A stretch of 64,000 bases of DNA from Tubulanus polymorphus (Eukaryota; Animalia; Nemertea), in contig NC_134027.1 of assembly GCF_964204645.1 (NCBI RefSeq), forward strand, positions 16,710,485 through 16,774,484. Reading direction: 5' to 3'. The notes beneath the pieces were generated by a model that was not told where the DNA came from, did not search any database, and saw only the letters and a list, made by a program, of their open reading frames with translations. Below, in pieces: positions 1 to 13,129 of the stretch. Within the stretch, counting starts at the first letter, position 1; each line of letters opens with the position of its first letter. A program made the position numbers and the translations under genes.

Positions 1-410
1 CCCTCACTCCCAGTGCTTTCAAGAAATAACATCTGTTCTATAGTTGACTGTCTTAAATTCAAATCAAACTCTTCCAAAACTCAAAAGTCTCTGGTAAAAA
101 TTTCCACTCATTACGCGTGTGGGCTTTAAAGAGCAAATGCTGTCAAAATAGAATATTGTGTAAAAGTCATTCTATCTCATCAGTAATTAGGTCACTACAG
201 AATCCCATGAGCACATGTGGTATCGCCAGTCAGTGTGCATTTGGCTTCGCTGGAGATCAGTCGTTTTTTCTCACAGTGTGCTTGAACTGTTCTTGTGTGT
301 TTGTGTGTTACTGGATTTGTAATAGCTGTTGCATTTAATTTCTTCCGACTGTTGTTGGATTACTGTTATTAACTGTTGTACTTGGATATATATTTACTGA
401 TCTACGAATA

Positions 411-1023
411 ATGGCTGAAAAAAGGCTATATTATCTGATGACGAGGATGCCCTTTTGGGCCCTTCGCAATAAAAATACCCACTCCACTGCAGGGGATTCA
501 TGCCCTGTGAACCCCACTGGGGACAGGGATGAAGACAAGATGCACCCCACTGGGGACAAGCTTGCCACCATAGAAAAATCTATGGAGTCAATTGCGACAG
601 CAATGACAAAGATGGGGGACGCTTGGCAACAGATGACCAAGACTGTCAATCAAACCCCAAAGAAAAGGCAAAAGACATGCCATGACATGTCAGATTCTCA
701 CCATGATGAGAGTGAGGCCGAGGTTGAAATGTCGTCCGATAACGGGGACGACGATGTCGACATATTATTGTCATCTCAAAAAGATGAAAATGGAGGGGAC
801 GAAGAGGAAAACCCCTCGGACTCAGAGTCTCAACTTAAACTCCTTGATATGGAGTTAAACGATGAAACCCCTGGGCCAGAAATGGACAAAGGGTTAACAG
901 AAATTATAGAGTAAAGGTTTTCTAAAGCCCTGAACATTGAAATGATGAGGGCCAATGAAAAGACCTACCCGGTACCCAAAAATTGCGAGGCATTAACCAC
1001 GCCTCGGGTTAATATGGAAATTG
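411..1023 (+). pseudogene. Truncated duplicate of the DIRS ORF1 (gag-like) N-terminus
   Basis: Nearly identical translation to the 4305-5228 minus-strand ORF (NKNTHSTAGDSCPVNPTGD...). It has small indels and a stop, and breaks off at the ITR core at 1024. Confidence 0.9.
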
Positions 1024-1136
1024 GCACATGTGGTATCGCCAGTCAGTCTTTAAATAGCTTTGAGTGGTCAAGAAACATTGGGCCGGGAAACACTTAAAAC
1101 TGTACAGTAATTGTCAAATTTGTTGTAAGCGGTGGG

Positions 1137-1262
1137 CATGTGATTCCTTCGTTCCCTATTACTGATTCGATAGAATCTCAATCAAACTTCACTTACAGGT
1201 AAGTTTGTTTAATTTCCTAATTCTGTCTCACCAGTAATTAGGTCACTACAGAATCCCATGAG
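1137..1262. repeat. DIRS internal complementary region (ICR)
   Basis: 1137-1222 matches 5433-5518 and 1220-1262 matches 169-211, each with about 2 mismatches. It contains the ACTTAC-AG-GTAAGT hairpin. Confidence 0.88.
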
Positions 1263-1376
1263 ATTTGAAAGCCTTGATCACGAGAAGCCAGATATGAGAC
1301 TTCGTGTCACAAAGAAGACAGCCACCTTAATTTTGATGTATATATATGTTTATAATATGCAGCAGATATATTTAGC

Positions 1377-2443
1377 CTATAATAACAACATAATTGACAG
1401 TAGGGAATCACTTAATACAAATTTGCTTTCAACGTCTTTATCATAGAATCTAGCGAAAGTTTTTTCATTCTGCCAACCAATACTATTAAGTATGCTATCA
1501 ACGGGAATTCCCGCCCATTTAAGGCCAGAGCCAACCGCAGCTCTAGTCGAGTGTGCGCCAAAAACCGACACATCAATATTTGCATCCTGATCCATCTGGA
1601 AACGGTTTGAGTAGTAACAGATCCATGCGGTTTTATGAAGCTAATCAACAGCTGTCCAGAGCAATCCCGGAAGTCTCTGGTCAGATTTATGTATCGTTTT
1701 AAATGAGAACACAAACACAAATTCTTATCAGCGTACGTATTGAATGTAAGATGCGATTTATGACGTCCTGGTTTTGACGTCTTTTGTAGTGAACTTATAT
1801 AAAAAACACATCTGTTTTCGCAAAAAGTTAAGTCTTTGATCTTCAAAGATTGAATAGTACTAACTCTCTGCCCTGATAAAATCGCCAACAAAAATGTTAG
1901 TTTCAAAGTAAGTGGCTCCAGAGTCAGTGAGTCTAAATCCAGTGATTTTAAATACACCAAAACAGGTCTAATGTCCCACGTAGTTACATATCTTGGCAAC
2001 GAAGGTCGCAAATTAAATACACCCTTCAGAAACCGAGAAACGAGAGGATGATTACCGATTGTACAGTGCCCCTCTAGAATTATAATTGACGAGAGTGCAC
2101 TCCTCGCAGTATTAATAGCACTATAACCAATGTTACTTTCATATAACTCAGTCAAAAATTCTAATACATCACTGATATCGGGTTGAAACGTATCGACACT
2201 CCGTCTAGCACAATATTTCTCCCACTTCTTAAAATAGGTCTCGTATTGTTTCTTTGTACCTGCCCGCCATAATTTCAGCTGATTTTCCAGAAATATTTTT
2301 CGCTTGCAATGCATTCCTGACACAATGCATACCAGAAGGCTCAATTTTGTTGCTAGAGGATGGACCATTTCCGAATCTTGCGGCATTATTAATAGTCTCC
2401 TGTTGGCCCGAAGAATCACCGGTTCCGCACATAACAGTCTCAA
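1377..2443 (-). pseudogene. DIRS tyrosine recombinase (integrase SAM-like N-domain plus catalytic domain), frameshifted
   Basis: TKKQYETYFKKW...YSAINTARSALS...HPLVSRFLKG...LAILSGQRVS (catalytic R). HSTR...GW...TFARFY follows in the shifted frame 1377-1595. Confidence 0.92.
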
Positions 2444-2790
2444 GAGAGTAGGGTACCAAGCCTGCGTCGGCTAGTCCGGTACAATTAACATCGAGGTTGC
2501 TTGATCCTCTGAAACTTTCTGTAGTACTCTGGGGATTAGGCTGAAAGGAGGGAAAATATACGTATATTTATACAGTGACCAGTCCAGCATAAAAGTATCA
2601 ATAGCCACTGCCTCCGGGTCAGGCTTCCAGGCAACGTAGCTGGGCAATTTACGATTCAGTCTCGTTGCAAATAAATCAATCTCTAATTTAATTTCTGGCA
2701 GTTTTTCTAATATCTGTTCAAACACTTTGTGGTTAAGAGCCCATTCTATCTCTAATTTAAATACCCTGGATTCTCTGTCAGCACATATAT
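2440..2790 (-). pseudogene. DIRS N6-adenine methyltransferase-like domain
   Basis: IDLFATRLN...DW...YIFPPFSLIPRVLQK...LIVPD*PTQAWYP is the domain typically following RNase H in DIRS1 elements. It has an in-frame stop. Confidence 0.85.
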
Positions 2791-2791
2791 T

Positions 2792-3160
2792 TTAAATTCC
2801 AGGTACATGCGATGCACACAACCATACATTATTAGCTATGGCCCATGACCATATTCTCTTAGCTACCTCATTACATTTTAAAGAATGTGAGCCACCCATC
2901 TCTCTAATATAGGACACAGCAGTGGTATTGTCGACCATAAGCCTAATGTGCTTGCCTTTTTTATTTCGACACAGGGCCATTCGCGCCAATTCAGCAGCTT
3001 TCATCTCTAAAGCGTTAATATGCAGCAGCTGCTCTGCTAATTTCCAGATACCACCGCCCGACAGATTCAGGTCAGGTGATGAGTAACCGAACCCTGTATT
3101 CGAGGCATCAGAATAAACAATCAGATCCGGTTTTCCGTGTGAAATCAGTTTTCTAGTCAA
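2792..3160 (-). pseudogene. DIRS RNase H domain
   Basis: YSDASNTGFG, HINALEMKA, MVDNTTAVSYI..MGG, HVPG motifs. Confidence 0.92.
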
Positions 3161-4085
3161 TTAGTTGTTGGCAAGATAATTTAACCCTATCTGCTTTCTT
3201 CACTGTCAGTGAAACTGACCTATAGACAGAATCAAGCATGAATCCAATAAATTCACGCTGCCGGGCTGGCAGCAGTGCAGATTTTTCAGGGTCTGGATGT
3301 ATTACAAATCCCAGGTCCGTCATTAGCGGTGCCAATGTTTTAACATTACTAGCACAATCAGGAAGATTATTTCCCTGCATATATATATCATCTAAATATG
3401 CAACAGATTGCTTCCCTTCCGCCCTCAACAAAGAGAGAGCAGGCTTCAAGCATTTTGTAAATGCCCTAGGGCATGGACTTAACCCAGTAGGGAAGCAGGT
3501 ATAAAGTTGACCATTAAAATAAAATTTCAAACATTTTTGGTGCTCCATGGCTATAGGGATGCTATAATAAGCATCTTTTAAATCCATTGTTGCCATGAAA
3601 CACCCTGGGGTCATCATGTCAGTAACAGTTTTAAGTGTATCCATCTTGAAGTGATGGTACCGAATATACTTATTAAGTTTTGAGAGGTTCAAAATAACTC
3701 TATATGACCCATCCTTCTTAGGTCTCACAAAAATTGACGATATAAATTCGCCCTCTTCATGAGTACATTTCGAAATGACCTGTTTCTTTGTTAATTTCAA
3801 AATTTCAGCTTCAATAGCTATATTTTCTGCTGTGGAAAACTTTATTTCTTTGGGAACAAAATTCTGAACAGGCTTTTCTATAAAATCAATTCTGTAGCCT
3901 CTGATGGTTCCCAGTATTTCCTGATCACTGGTTATTTGCTCCCATCTTTCGAATTTAAATCGGACTTGTCCTCCAATAAAATTTTCCACCTGCCATATGG
4001 CTGAATCAATTGTACTTTTAATAAATCGGGTATATTCCCAAAAATCAAAGCTAAAATAGTCATTATTTTTAACTACCATAAGCAA
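3153..4085 (-). pseudogene. DIRS reverse transcriptase
   Basis: FVRPKKDGSYRVILNL, HFKMD, DLKDAYYSIPI, GLSPCPRAFTK, YLDD motifs. It is separated from RNase H by a frameshift or deletion. Confidence 0.95.
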
Positions 4086-4147
4086 AAATATCAGCAGAAC
4101 AACTTACCTGTGGTAAGCTGTCTGATGGTTCTAATTTTCTGATTTCT

Positions 4148-5228
4148 TTATGAATTTTTTCTTGTTTGGATTGAATCCGTTCCGCTGGTAGCTGAAGTTG
4201 CGGTTCCGTTTCCAGCCGTTTTTTGGCTGGTGTTTGTACTTTTTTCTATCATTAAAGGCCTCATAGCCGACGTCATCGGTTTGTTTAGCTTCTCGTATTG
4301 CTTTTTATACGTCGTCACCAAACCGCCATTTAGAAACCGGGACATTGTCTTTGCACGGACCCCAATATTTGGGTTTTAATCCTGGCTTGACCGATTCCCG
4401 CCTGCGCATTGACAACTCATGTGATGCATGGCCCAGTAATGCAAGAGCATTAATTGATGTTCTCAACATTATATCGACTTCGTCTTTCGAGAATTTCCCG
4501 CCATTTCGTTTGGCTAGTAACTTTTCAGTTGTCAAAGCCACTGCCGTGGCCCCTTTCCTTACTGCAGACTGAGTATTGGCGAGTTTTAAGTCACGTGTTT
4601 TTGCAGCGGCTCCTATTGTGGGCCAAATTTCCGTATTAACCCGAGGCGCGGTTAATGCCTCGCAATTTTTGGGTACCGGGTAGGTCTTTTCCTTGGCCCT
4701 CATCATTTCAATGTTCAGTGCTTTAGAGAACCTTTTCTCTATAATTTCTGTTAACCCTTTGTCCATTTCTGGGGTTTCATCGTTTAACTCCATATCGAGG
4801 AGTTTAAGTTTAGACTCTGAGTCCGAGGGGTTTTCCTCTTCGTCCCCTCCATTTTCATCTTTTTGAGATGACAATAATAAGTCGACATCGTCGTCCCCGT
4901 TATCGGACGACATTTCAACCTCGGCCTCACTCTCACCATGGTGAGAATCTGACATGTCATGGCATGTCTTTTGCCTTTTCTTTGGGGTTTGATTGACAGT
5001 CTTGGTCATCTGTTGCCAAGCGTCCCCCATCTTTGTCATTGCTGTCGCAATTGACTCCATAGATTTTTCTATGGTGGCAAGTTTGTCCCCAGTGGGGTGC
5101 ATCTTGTCTTCATCCCTGTCCCCAGTGGGGTTCACAGGGCATGAATCCCCTGCAGTGGAGTGGGTATTTTTATTGCGAGGGCCCAAAAGGGCATCCTCGT
5201 CATCAGATAATAGCCTTTTTTCAGCCAT
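4148..5228 (-). pseudogene. DIRS ORF1 (gag-like)
   Basis: First ORF of the element, with an acidic N-terminal part, then PKNCEAL.APRVNTEIW and ELSMRRRESVKP motifs typical of invertebrate DIRS ORF1. There is a frameshift near 4320. Confidence 0.8.
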
Positions 5229-7874
5229 TATTCGTAGATCAGTAAATATATATCCAAGTACAACAGTTAATAACAGTAATCCAACAACAGTCGAAGAAAT
5301 TAAATCCAATAGCTATTAAAAATCCAGTAACACACAAACACACAAGAACAGTTCCAGCACACTGTGAGAAAAAACGACTGATCTCCAGTGAAGCCAAATG
5401 CACACTGACTGGCGATACCACATGTGCTATCTCATGTGATTCCTTCGTTCCCTATTACTGATTCAATAGAATCTCAATCAAACTTCACTTACAGGTAAGT
5501 TCGTTTAATTTCCTAATTTTCAAATGTGATGTATTCACAAATATCAAATATGCCACTGGTTTGAATTTAAGTTCCACCATTACTGGGAAATATGACTTTT
5601 AAATCGGCATATGACTTTTAAATCGGCAATTTCAGCATGTGCTCACTGTTATTGTTTATGTTGGCAGGTGCATGTTTCTGATGTCATCTGTGACAAACGC
5701 TTGCGGCTTCCAGTCATTTCACTAGACATTTCATGCAATATTTTATTGTTTTGGGAGTGATTTGAATTAATTAACTCTTACCATTATATACAGTTGCCAC
5801 CGTTGTATATGATAATGGTATTAATGTGAGTAACACTGTAGGTCTATGAATACAATGAACATATGATGTTTATTTTATCGATTATACATAGGCTACGCAT
5901 AGTAGCACTCACACGTGCTTGTGTTGATTGTCATAGTTAACATTATAAATAGCGCCACTGCAGTTTGTATGTGAACTATACGAGTGAAGGATAAATAAAT
6001 GACTAATTTACGGCTAATTCGAGTTACTTTTTTCGATAGTTCAGACCTCAGGTGGTTATATATATACTTAAATTGCTTCTGATTAAGAAATAGCGGAAAG
6101 TTCAATTTTGACAGCACCTGCCCTTTAACACAAACATTCATCGCTTGCAAACAACATATTAAATTTGTCTGTATTAGCTTAAGTGAAACTCATTTGGATT
6201 CGTTGGATGATATTACTATCCCGTATCATTTTCTAAATTAAGGCCATGGTCAGATCCCACTTACAAACCCAGTTATATCGTTTATTTTCAATCCTAAATT
6301 TTAAAGATGGTATTGTTCTCAAAACAAACAATCCATTTGTAGTATGTTGTAAATTCGATAAGAGCAGACCTGCCAAGTTTATCTTATTCAGTATTATTTA
6401 GGGTTTTCTGTTACTTCACAGAAAGCCCTATTGAGATTCGCGTGTTTCTTATTATTATCATTTTATGTCACATTTTTTCACTAAAAGAGCATAGGCTTTG
6501 TTACCTTGCCACTGTTGCCGATACAATCCGTATGATATCCTTCAGCTCACTTCGATCTACAAATACTCCGTGTGTAGTATCATGAATCAATGTTACAAAA
6601 GCACTGTCGGGCCGTAAACATCGAAAATTGGGGCCCCATTCAATGAGGCGACATCCCGAAATCCACTGGAGGCTGCTCGTCACTTTGATTATCCATTCAA
6701 GTGTAAATAAACAAATTTATTGCCGCAAGATGCAATTGCCGCAATTTTAACAATTACCCATTTGCTTCATCAGTACACTTTACCGACCCACAGGATATAA
6801 TTTACTACTCTAAATATTATAAACACTGTCGAGCTGTAAAGACCGATGAATCAACTTGTGTCTTTACTTCATCGTTCTGCGGATCCGCTACGGGTTCTCC
6901 TCGCCAAGAAAATCAAACCAAGTACAAATAAATTGATTTCTCCCAGTGATTTGGCTGCGGGCTTCAAACAGTTAGTTTCTTTATCAGATATTTACTATGA
7001 TAAATCACTAGAGCACCGAGTCGTATAGGCCTAAACTAAACATGCCGAACTGATGCAGCGGAGAAAAGCTGTTGTGGTGACGAGGTATCAATAAATGGAT
7101 TTATTACTATCAGTGATTTGGCCGCGGATTTCAAACATTCATCAATATTCTATTTTTCCTACAGTACATACTGATCTTTACCAAATCCACGGGATATTTA
7201 CTAAATGTCTGTATATTACACCTTCTTATCCGTAAGCTGGATTCAAGCTTGATATTCGGAGTGAGCGTCTCGGATGCAGCGGTGGATAGGAGATCGTTCC
7301 TACTAATAGGTCGCTCCTACTAATAGCTACTAGTAGGTCGCTTGAAGTGTTTATTGAGGTGTACGCGACCTCTAGGCCTACTGAGCTTAACTGATTCAAG
7401 CAAGCATAGTATAATAGTTGTGATAATTTACGGACTGAACATCAAACAAAATTTGCAATAAAAAATTCGGCAAAATTGCTGCAATGCGAAGTAGGCCTAC
7501 AAACAATTTCTTCTTAATCCGAAAATGAAGTCGATTTTACGAATGGAATACCCCATGGACCTATCCCTGTTAAATAAGGTGTAGGAATACGATGTTTAGG
7601 AGGGTTGAAATTCAATAGGCCTAAGACCAATCTGTCCGGTTGTTAGGCCTATGCATATACATAGGCCTACATAGGCTATACTAGTAGCCTCTACTAGGTT
7701 AAAGCTAAGTTCACTGTAAAGGAGGAATCAGATTTATTAAAATGCAAGTATGAGTGATTAACTGGTTCTGACTTGCAATGATCAATCACAATTATCAACG
7801 ATTTTTAACGGCAAAAATTAACATCTTTTGAAAATTTCGTATGAGCAGACAGCTTTATAAACCAGACTTCTCAT

Positions 7875-8690
7875 TTGAGTTCTTTCATCATGAATGAAAC
7901 TGGTATTTCATTAATTCCTAATGACTTAAGTTACTGCGGAGCCTTAGAAAGATGTTTTTTTCGTTCAAAAGACCTTTCGAACAAATTTTTGAATAGCAAA
8001 TGTAGTGATGATACTCCCGCTAGTATGGTCAGGGAAGATAATGTCGAAACACTTTTTTTCGTTCCTTACATAGGCCTCCCTTCGATTATATTTGGCAGAA
8101 AACTCAAGAGTCTATTCAAACAATATTACAACGTGGATATTCGTATTGTCTTTACTTCTTTCAGAATTAGGAACTACATTTCACTCAAGTCCCATACTCC
8201 TTCACCCTTGTTGGCCAATGTAATTTATAAATTCAAATGTTTGCGTGATGCAAATAACACATACATTGGTAAAACAATGCGACATTGTAAAGGAGCATGG
8301 AACTTCGCCTTCAGCAATTAAGGAACATTTAACATCATGTAAAAATTGTGCATCAAATTTTTCTTTAAAAAACAACTTTTCAATCGTTGATTCTGGAAAA
8401 AATGACTTTGAAATCACCATCAAAGAGGCATTATACATAAAATCCAAAAAACCAAGTATTAACAAACAACTTTCTACACATGGTGTCTCATTTTTACTGA
8501 ACGTATTTTGATATGTTTATAATCCATTTGTATTTTGTAAACTAGGCCACTTCACGCCTGCATTATATTCTCTGTAATTAGTAACAGTATACTATACATA
8601 GTTTGAATCTTTTCATGTCATTTCTTGAAAAGGACTCGAAGCGATGAGTCGAAATCGATCGAAACGTTTGAACATGTAAATAAACTCATT
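7875..8690 (+). mobile_element. Penelope-like element 3' fragment: RT C-terminus and GIY-YIG endonuclease, 3' UTR with hammerhead
   Basis: VPYIG...NVIYKFKC...YIGKT.RH..KEH...SAIKEHL..C..C...IKEALYI....PSINKQL, frameshifted across ORFs 7875-8321 and 8245-8511. AATAAA lies at about 8679. Confidence 0.88.
8614..8676 (+). ncRNA. Minimal type I hammerhead ribozyme-like motif (U3-A8 core variant)
   Basis: Stem I TTTC/GAAA (extended by CATGTCA/TGAACATG), core TTGAAAA, stem II GACTC/GAGTC, GAAA, palindromic stem III ATCGAT, cleavage triplet AUC. It sits just 3' of the PLE ORF. Confidence 0.65.
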
Positions 8691-9605
8691 ATCATCATGA
8701 AGATTGTGATAGTTGCGTTCTTATTATTATTTAACTATCTGAATACTCTTCCGAAATTATACAGTTTTTTTAGATCGAATCAATATTTTGTTCGATTGAA
8801 CCAATTTGAAAGAATCGTTAGAACAAAGTTGTTTTCATTGTTCGAACAAACTTATTTTGTCCAAACGAAAGGTTTTTCGTTCGTACAATTGTTCGATCAG
8901 ACAGAAACGTTCCCATTTGGGCATAACAGTTGATTTTCCAGAGTCAAATAACTATCTGGTCCAGTCATCCATGGTCTCAAAGTAGGCCTAATTGACTGTT
9001 TGTCGACTGTCCTTTTATAAAACCATGTTGACGGTTGAACAGGATTCTGAATTCCCTTCATTTTCATGGCATGGTTTGGCTGTATCACGTAAACGCGATC
9101 GTGGTCGACACATTATCCAGACAAGATCAAGAATACGAACAAGGATGTGCAGAAAACCCGTTATTGCTGCTTTGCAGCTATATTTCTGGTTTTTTTTTCA
9201 GTATTTTTCAGTAACCAGTAAATTGGCCAATCCTACTTCGTTTAATATGTCATTAACATAATATTTACCTTTTTTGAACAAAATACTAAACAAAATTTCT
9301 TACATAAACTTTATTTAAAATAAATTGCCCATGGGCAAAGTGTGGTTTACCTTGAAAGCTAGAGGTTGTTTGGAGTAAGGGCATGGCTTGAAAAATCTTT
9401 TTAATTTGTGACTTCAAAGTTCCACAAGTTTATATTGTATTTTATGTTTCTTAAAGAATCATTTTGTAGTCAAATAAGACCAAAGATATACATTTGGTTA
9501 CAGTCCACGTCCAAAAGTTTGTAGGGTACAGGTAGGCGTGGCAGGGAAATTATTTTATATTTTCCAAAAAAAATGTTTCACAATATGAAAAAATTACTCA
9601 AATAC

Positions 9606-10176
9606 GGCCATCCCAAAATAATTGTCTGTTTGCCGTAACACCGACTCAACTTTTCAGGATGAGTCGGTAGGTAAGAAAAATTTTTTTTTGCTTAATTTTT
9701 GGGCAAAAAAAAAAAATTTATCACCTTTTTACATGGAAACAATGTCGCAAAAATCATCTACGTTGTGCGCCGGAAATTTGTCTAATAGCGTAGATTTCGA
9801 GAATTATTCTAAAATTATAACTTCGTCCAGAGCGTCATCTCTGAGTTAAAAATGAAACAGTACATTGAATATGTGCGCGGTTTTACGTTACCAGCTTTGA
9901 TATAGCCACTTGGAGAATGAATGGCAGCTTATTGGAACACTGCCAGTTTCCTGGAAAACTTAAATTAGGCCACATTGACAAGGCATGTTTTCACACGATG
10001 CACACTTGGATTGAAACATACATAATACGTAGCTCATACATAGGCAGTGGGTCGGTCGGCCGTTTTTATCAAAAATAAAATTTATTTCAATGAATCCCAG
10101 AAAAAAAGTTTTCACTCGGTACCTTTGAAGTCGGGTCGGTCGGGTTCATCAAACAGACCATTAATATGGGATGGCC
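9606..10176. mobile_element. MITE with ~40-bp imperfect TIRs (PIF/Harbinger-like)
   Basis: GGCCATCCCAAAATAATTGTCTGTTTG... and ...CAAACAGACCATTAATATGGGATGGCC, flanked by TAC / TAA. Confidence 0.6.
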
Positions 10177-11427
10177 TAAAATTCATTATGATGTCACATA
10201 TCATTAAATCCTGGAATTTACGACTACAATATTCAGACCTCGACCTATACTTTTAGTTTGCTGCTTAATATTTTCAGGTCACAAGAAATTACAATTTATT
10301 ACAAATTCTATCAAACAGAAAACACAGCGCTCATCTTCTGCTACGATTATTCAGCCTATTTTCATGTCAAACGCGCACGCGTTACAGCATCACCTTGAGT
10401 AGTGTACTGTACAAGCTTGTGTGTGTGTGTGTCATGTAGCACTCTGCGCGCACAGGTGGAGGCTTCGTGTAAGTGAATGTTCGCTTACACTTCAATGTCA
10501 AACAAAACAATCACCGGGTATTAAAATGAAACAATACCTAAGGCGGATGTGTGAAATAATTACATCCTCACCAGCAATGAGCATTTAAAATTCGCACATA
10601 TACGGCACCTAGTCCAATGAAACGTACGCCATTCTATATGGCTTTCCCATAATTATTTTTGTTGCGCCGGAATTCCCCGTATATCCCAAAAACAGCCAAT
10701 CCCATTCGCTCGTAGAGACGACGCCCCCCAATCGAGGTCATTGCAATTTTATACGCGAGAGCTAAGAATTTTCCCGCCAAAAACAGATTTTCGAAGAATT
10801 TTAACTCAGTTGACCATGTACATCGACGGAGGTTTGCCATGTCTTCAATCGCATCGATTATACGTCGTTTAAGCCAAGAACCAATGAAACAAATGCTCAC
10901 ATAAAAAAACGTACCGCGATTTTACATGAATTATTGGCTCAATGCCAACCTCATATCGCTGACAAAGGTAAACCAAAAACTATGAATCTCATCATTTTAC
11001 AGTATTTTTACTCCAGGAAAACTGAGCTCCACAAGGAATAGTGTTTCAGCGCGGATAACTCCCAGATCAGATTCATTATGGCCATTGGCCTGATACCGCA
11101 GGTTCACGTGAAAACCTGCTGATCTCTGGGGCTAAGCCAATCATAGAGGAGTCTTTGCTTTGCTTTGTAAAACAGATATTTTTGCGATCAGAATTTCGCG
11201 AAAAAGCTCTTATAAATTTTTATGAGGCCCTCTTTCAAAATTCAGCTTCATAGGGGTCGGAGAATGGATAATGTTCTAATGAATGATTTGGCCTATGGCT
11301 GGCCTAAAAATGTGAAATAACTTGAGACCCGTTTTTAGTAGTCTTCTTATAACTTATAATAAAGCCAAATCTTCTTACAACTCAATTGTGTCACCCTTAT
11401 CCTGCTGGGATTGTGATTTAGTATCTG

Positions 11428-12754
11428 TGTAACCGCACTTGCCTAAAATAAAAACTATGCCACCGTGCGGGCATGAGTCCAGAACAGCAAATAAAAAAAC
11501 CAGTAATTCGTAGATTATATATATATATATATGGAAGATAAGTAATTTATTAAGATAATAATTCAAAAACAAAATAACTAAGGTACTTAGAAAAAAATGA
11601 AAATAAACAGGGCCCTTTTTACGAAACTTAGATCAGAAAAAATAAAAATCAAATCAAATTAAATTAGCTTAAATGTAAGTCAATGATCAATTAAAGTTCT
11701 TTTTCTCCAAAAGTTCATAAATTTTAACTTAGCGTTGCTCCAAAAAGATCGCTCTGCCGCTCCTCGAAATTGTTCGCTGCGGTTCCTGTTGCTGTCAAAA
11801 ATCTGTAGTAATTGTTGATCTGTGGTTCCAAAATATTTAAACGTTTGCTGAATGCGTCGTATCTGTCGAATTTATAATTTGCACGTCACGCAAATATCAC
11901 TGTTGATGAAAGTCCACTGGTGGTACGCGGAGTTTGGTACGCGGAAAAAACAGTTTTACTTAACAATGTTTTTTTATCACCAAGCTGGCTAAACTTCTGT
12001 GGCCGTAAAACTTTAACTACCACTAATAACAAGTGTCCTTCCGAATCACTTTCGAATCACGAACACAACTCCGTAATGTTTAAAATTCAATCCCGTTAGA
12101 AGTTCTCCAACAGTAAAAAAAATTTGTGACGGTTATGACAACTGCCACAAAAGATTTCTTATATAAATTACGTATCAAGTTTTACTAGTTGTAAAAACTC
12201 AAAAATTGCAGGAGAACTCGAGTTGAGCTTCCTCCTATCTCGAAATCTCAAAAGCGTCTCCCCTCTTTCCAAACTATACACGCCCAACTTCCTGCAGGGG
12301 CTCCCTTAAAAATAATCTCTCAAAGATCCATTCAAGTCAAAAAATTAGATAGTTTATCCCCTAAAATGGTGAAAAGGAACTTACCCAAAATAATACTAAT
12401 GTATTTAACTCCCGCCACATAATTGTGAAATCCTAATATTCCTCTTTATAGAAGAAAAATGAATACTTTATGAGATTAAAATAATTGAAATTCTTGTGAA
12501 CCCCATAGCTTCCGGTAAAAATTGCATCAGCAAATACGTGTCAAAATTCACATCTCATAATAATTAACACCAAGGCTACATGAGCCAGCGACCTCATAAA
12601 ACTTGAATATGTTTAAACTTGTGAACTAAATTCAGCAAGTGCCTGTTATGAAAAAAAAATTAGATATAACGTAAGGACTTTAAGGAAATATATATAAAAC
12701 CGACTACAGGCTGTTCCAACTAAAATGATGGGACCCCCCATAGTAGTGGCTACA
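11428..12754 (-). repeat. 3' LTR
   Basis: Direct repeat of 19531-20929 (TGTAACCGCAC...GTGGCTACA). It lacks two short segments present in the other LTR. Confidence 0.96.
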
Positions 12755-13129
12755 TTGCACCCCCGCCTAGAGAATCTGCTCCCGCAGATTTCCAAAGACC
12801 AAGATACCGAATACAAAAAAAAAATCTAATTTAAACTATAAATCCAAGACTAACATGTATAATTAATGTAATTGAACCCAACACCACACAAAATTAGAAC
12901 AAAGACTAAATGAACACAATTCGATCGATTTGATCAAATAACCCGGGCCATGCAATTATTATGAAATTCTATCTACCTCAATGAAATAATTACACCTTAA
13001 AATTAATGAATCCGATTAAATTGGTCATATCATCAAACTACAAAAGTTGCAATAAAAATGTAAATGCATCCTTCTAATCAATGCATAGCCTTCCAGAATT
13101 CTGTATTTCACTCTAATCAATCACCCCAA

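Larger units (their letters stand above)
169..5519. mobile_element. DIRS1-like tyrosine-recombinase retrotransposon, rearranged (internal region inverted relative to the termini, 5' part duplicated)
   Basis: gag-RT-RNaseH-MTase-YR ORFs lie on the minus strand. The 24-bp ITR core GCACATGTGGTATCGCCAGTCAGT is at 211, 1024 and (inverted) 5404-5427. An internal complementary region at 1137-1262 is a fusion of the right end (5433-5518) and left end (169-212), joined at ATT. Confidence 0.92.

Noticed and set aside
2440-2790. Adenine methyltransferase as bacterial horizontal transfer
   Set aside because: It is a standard domain of DIRS1 pol.
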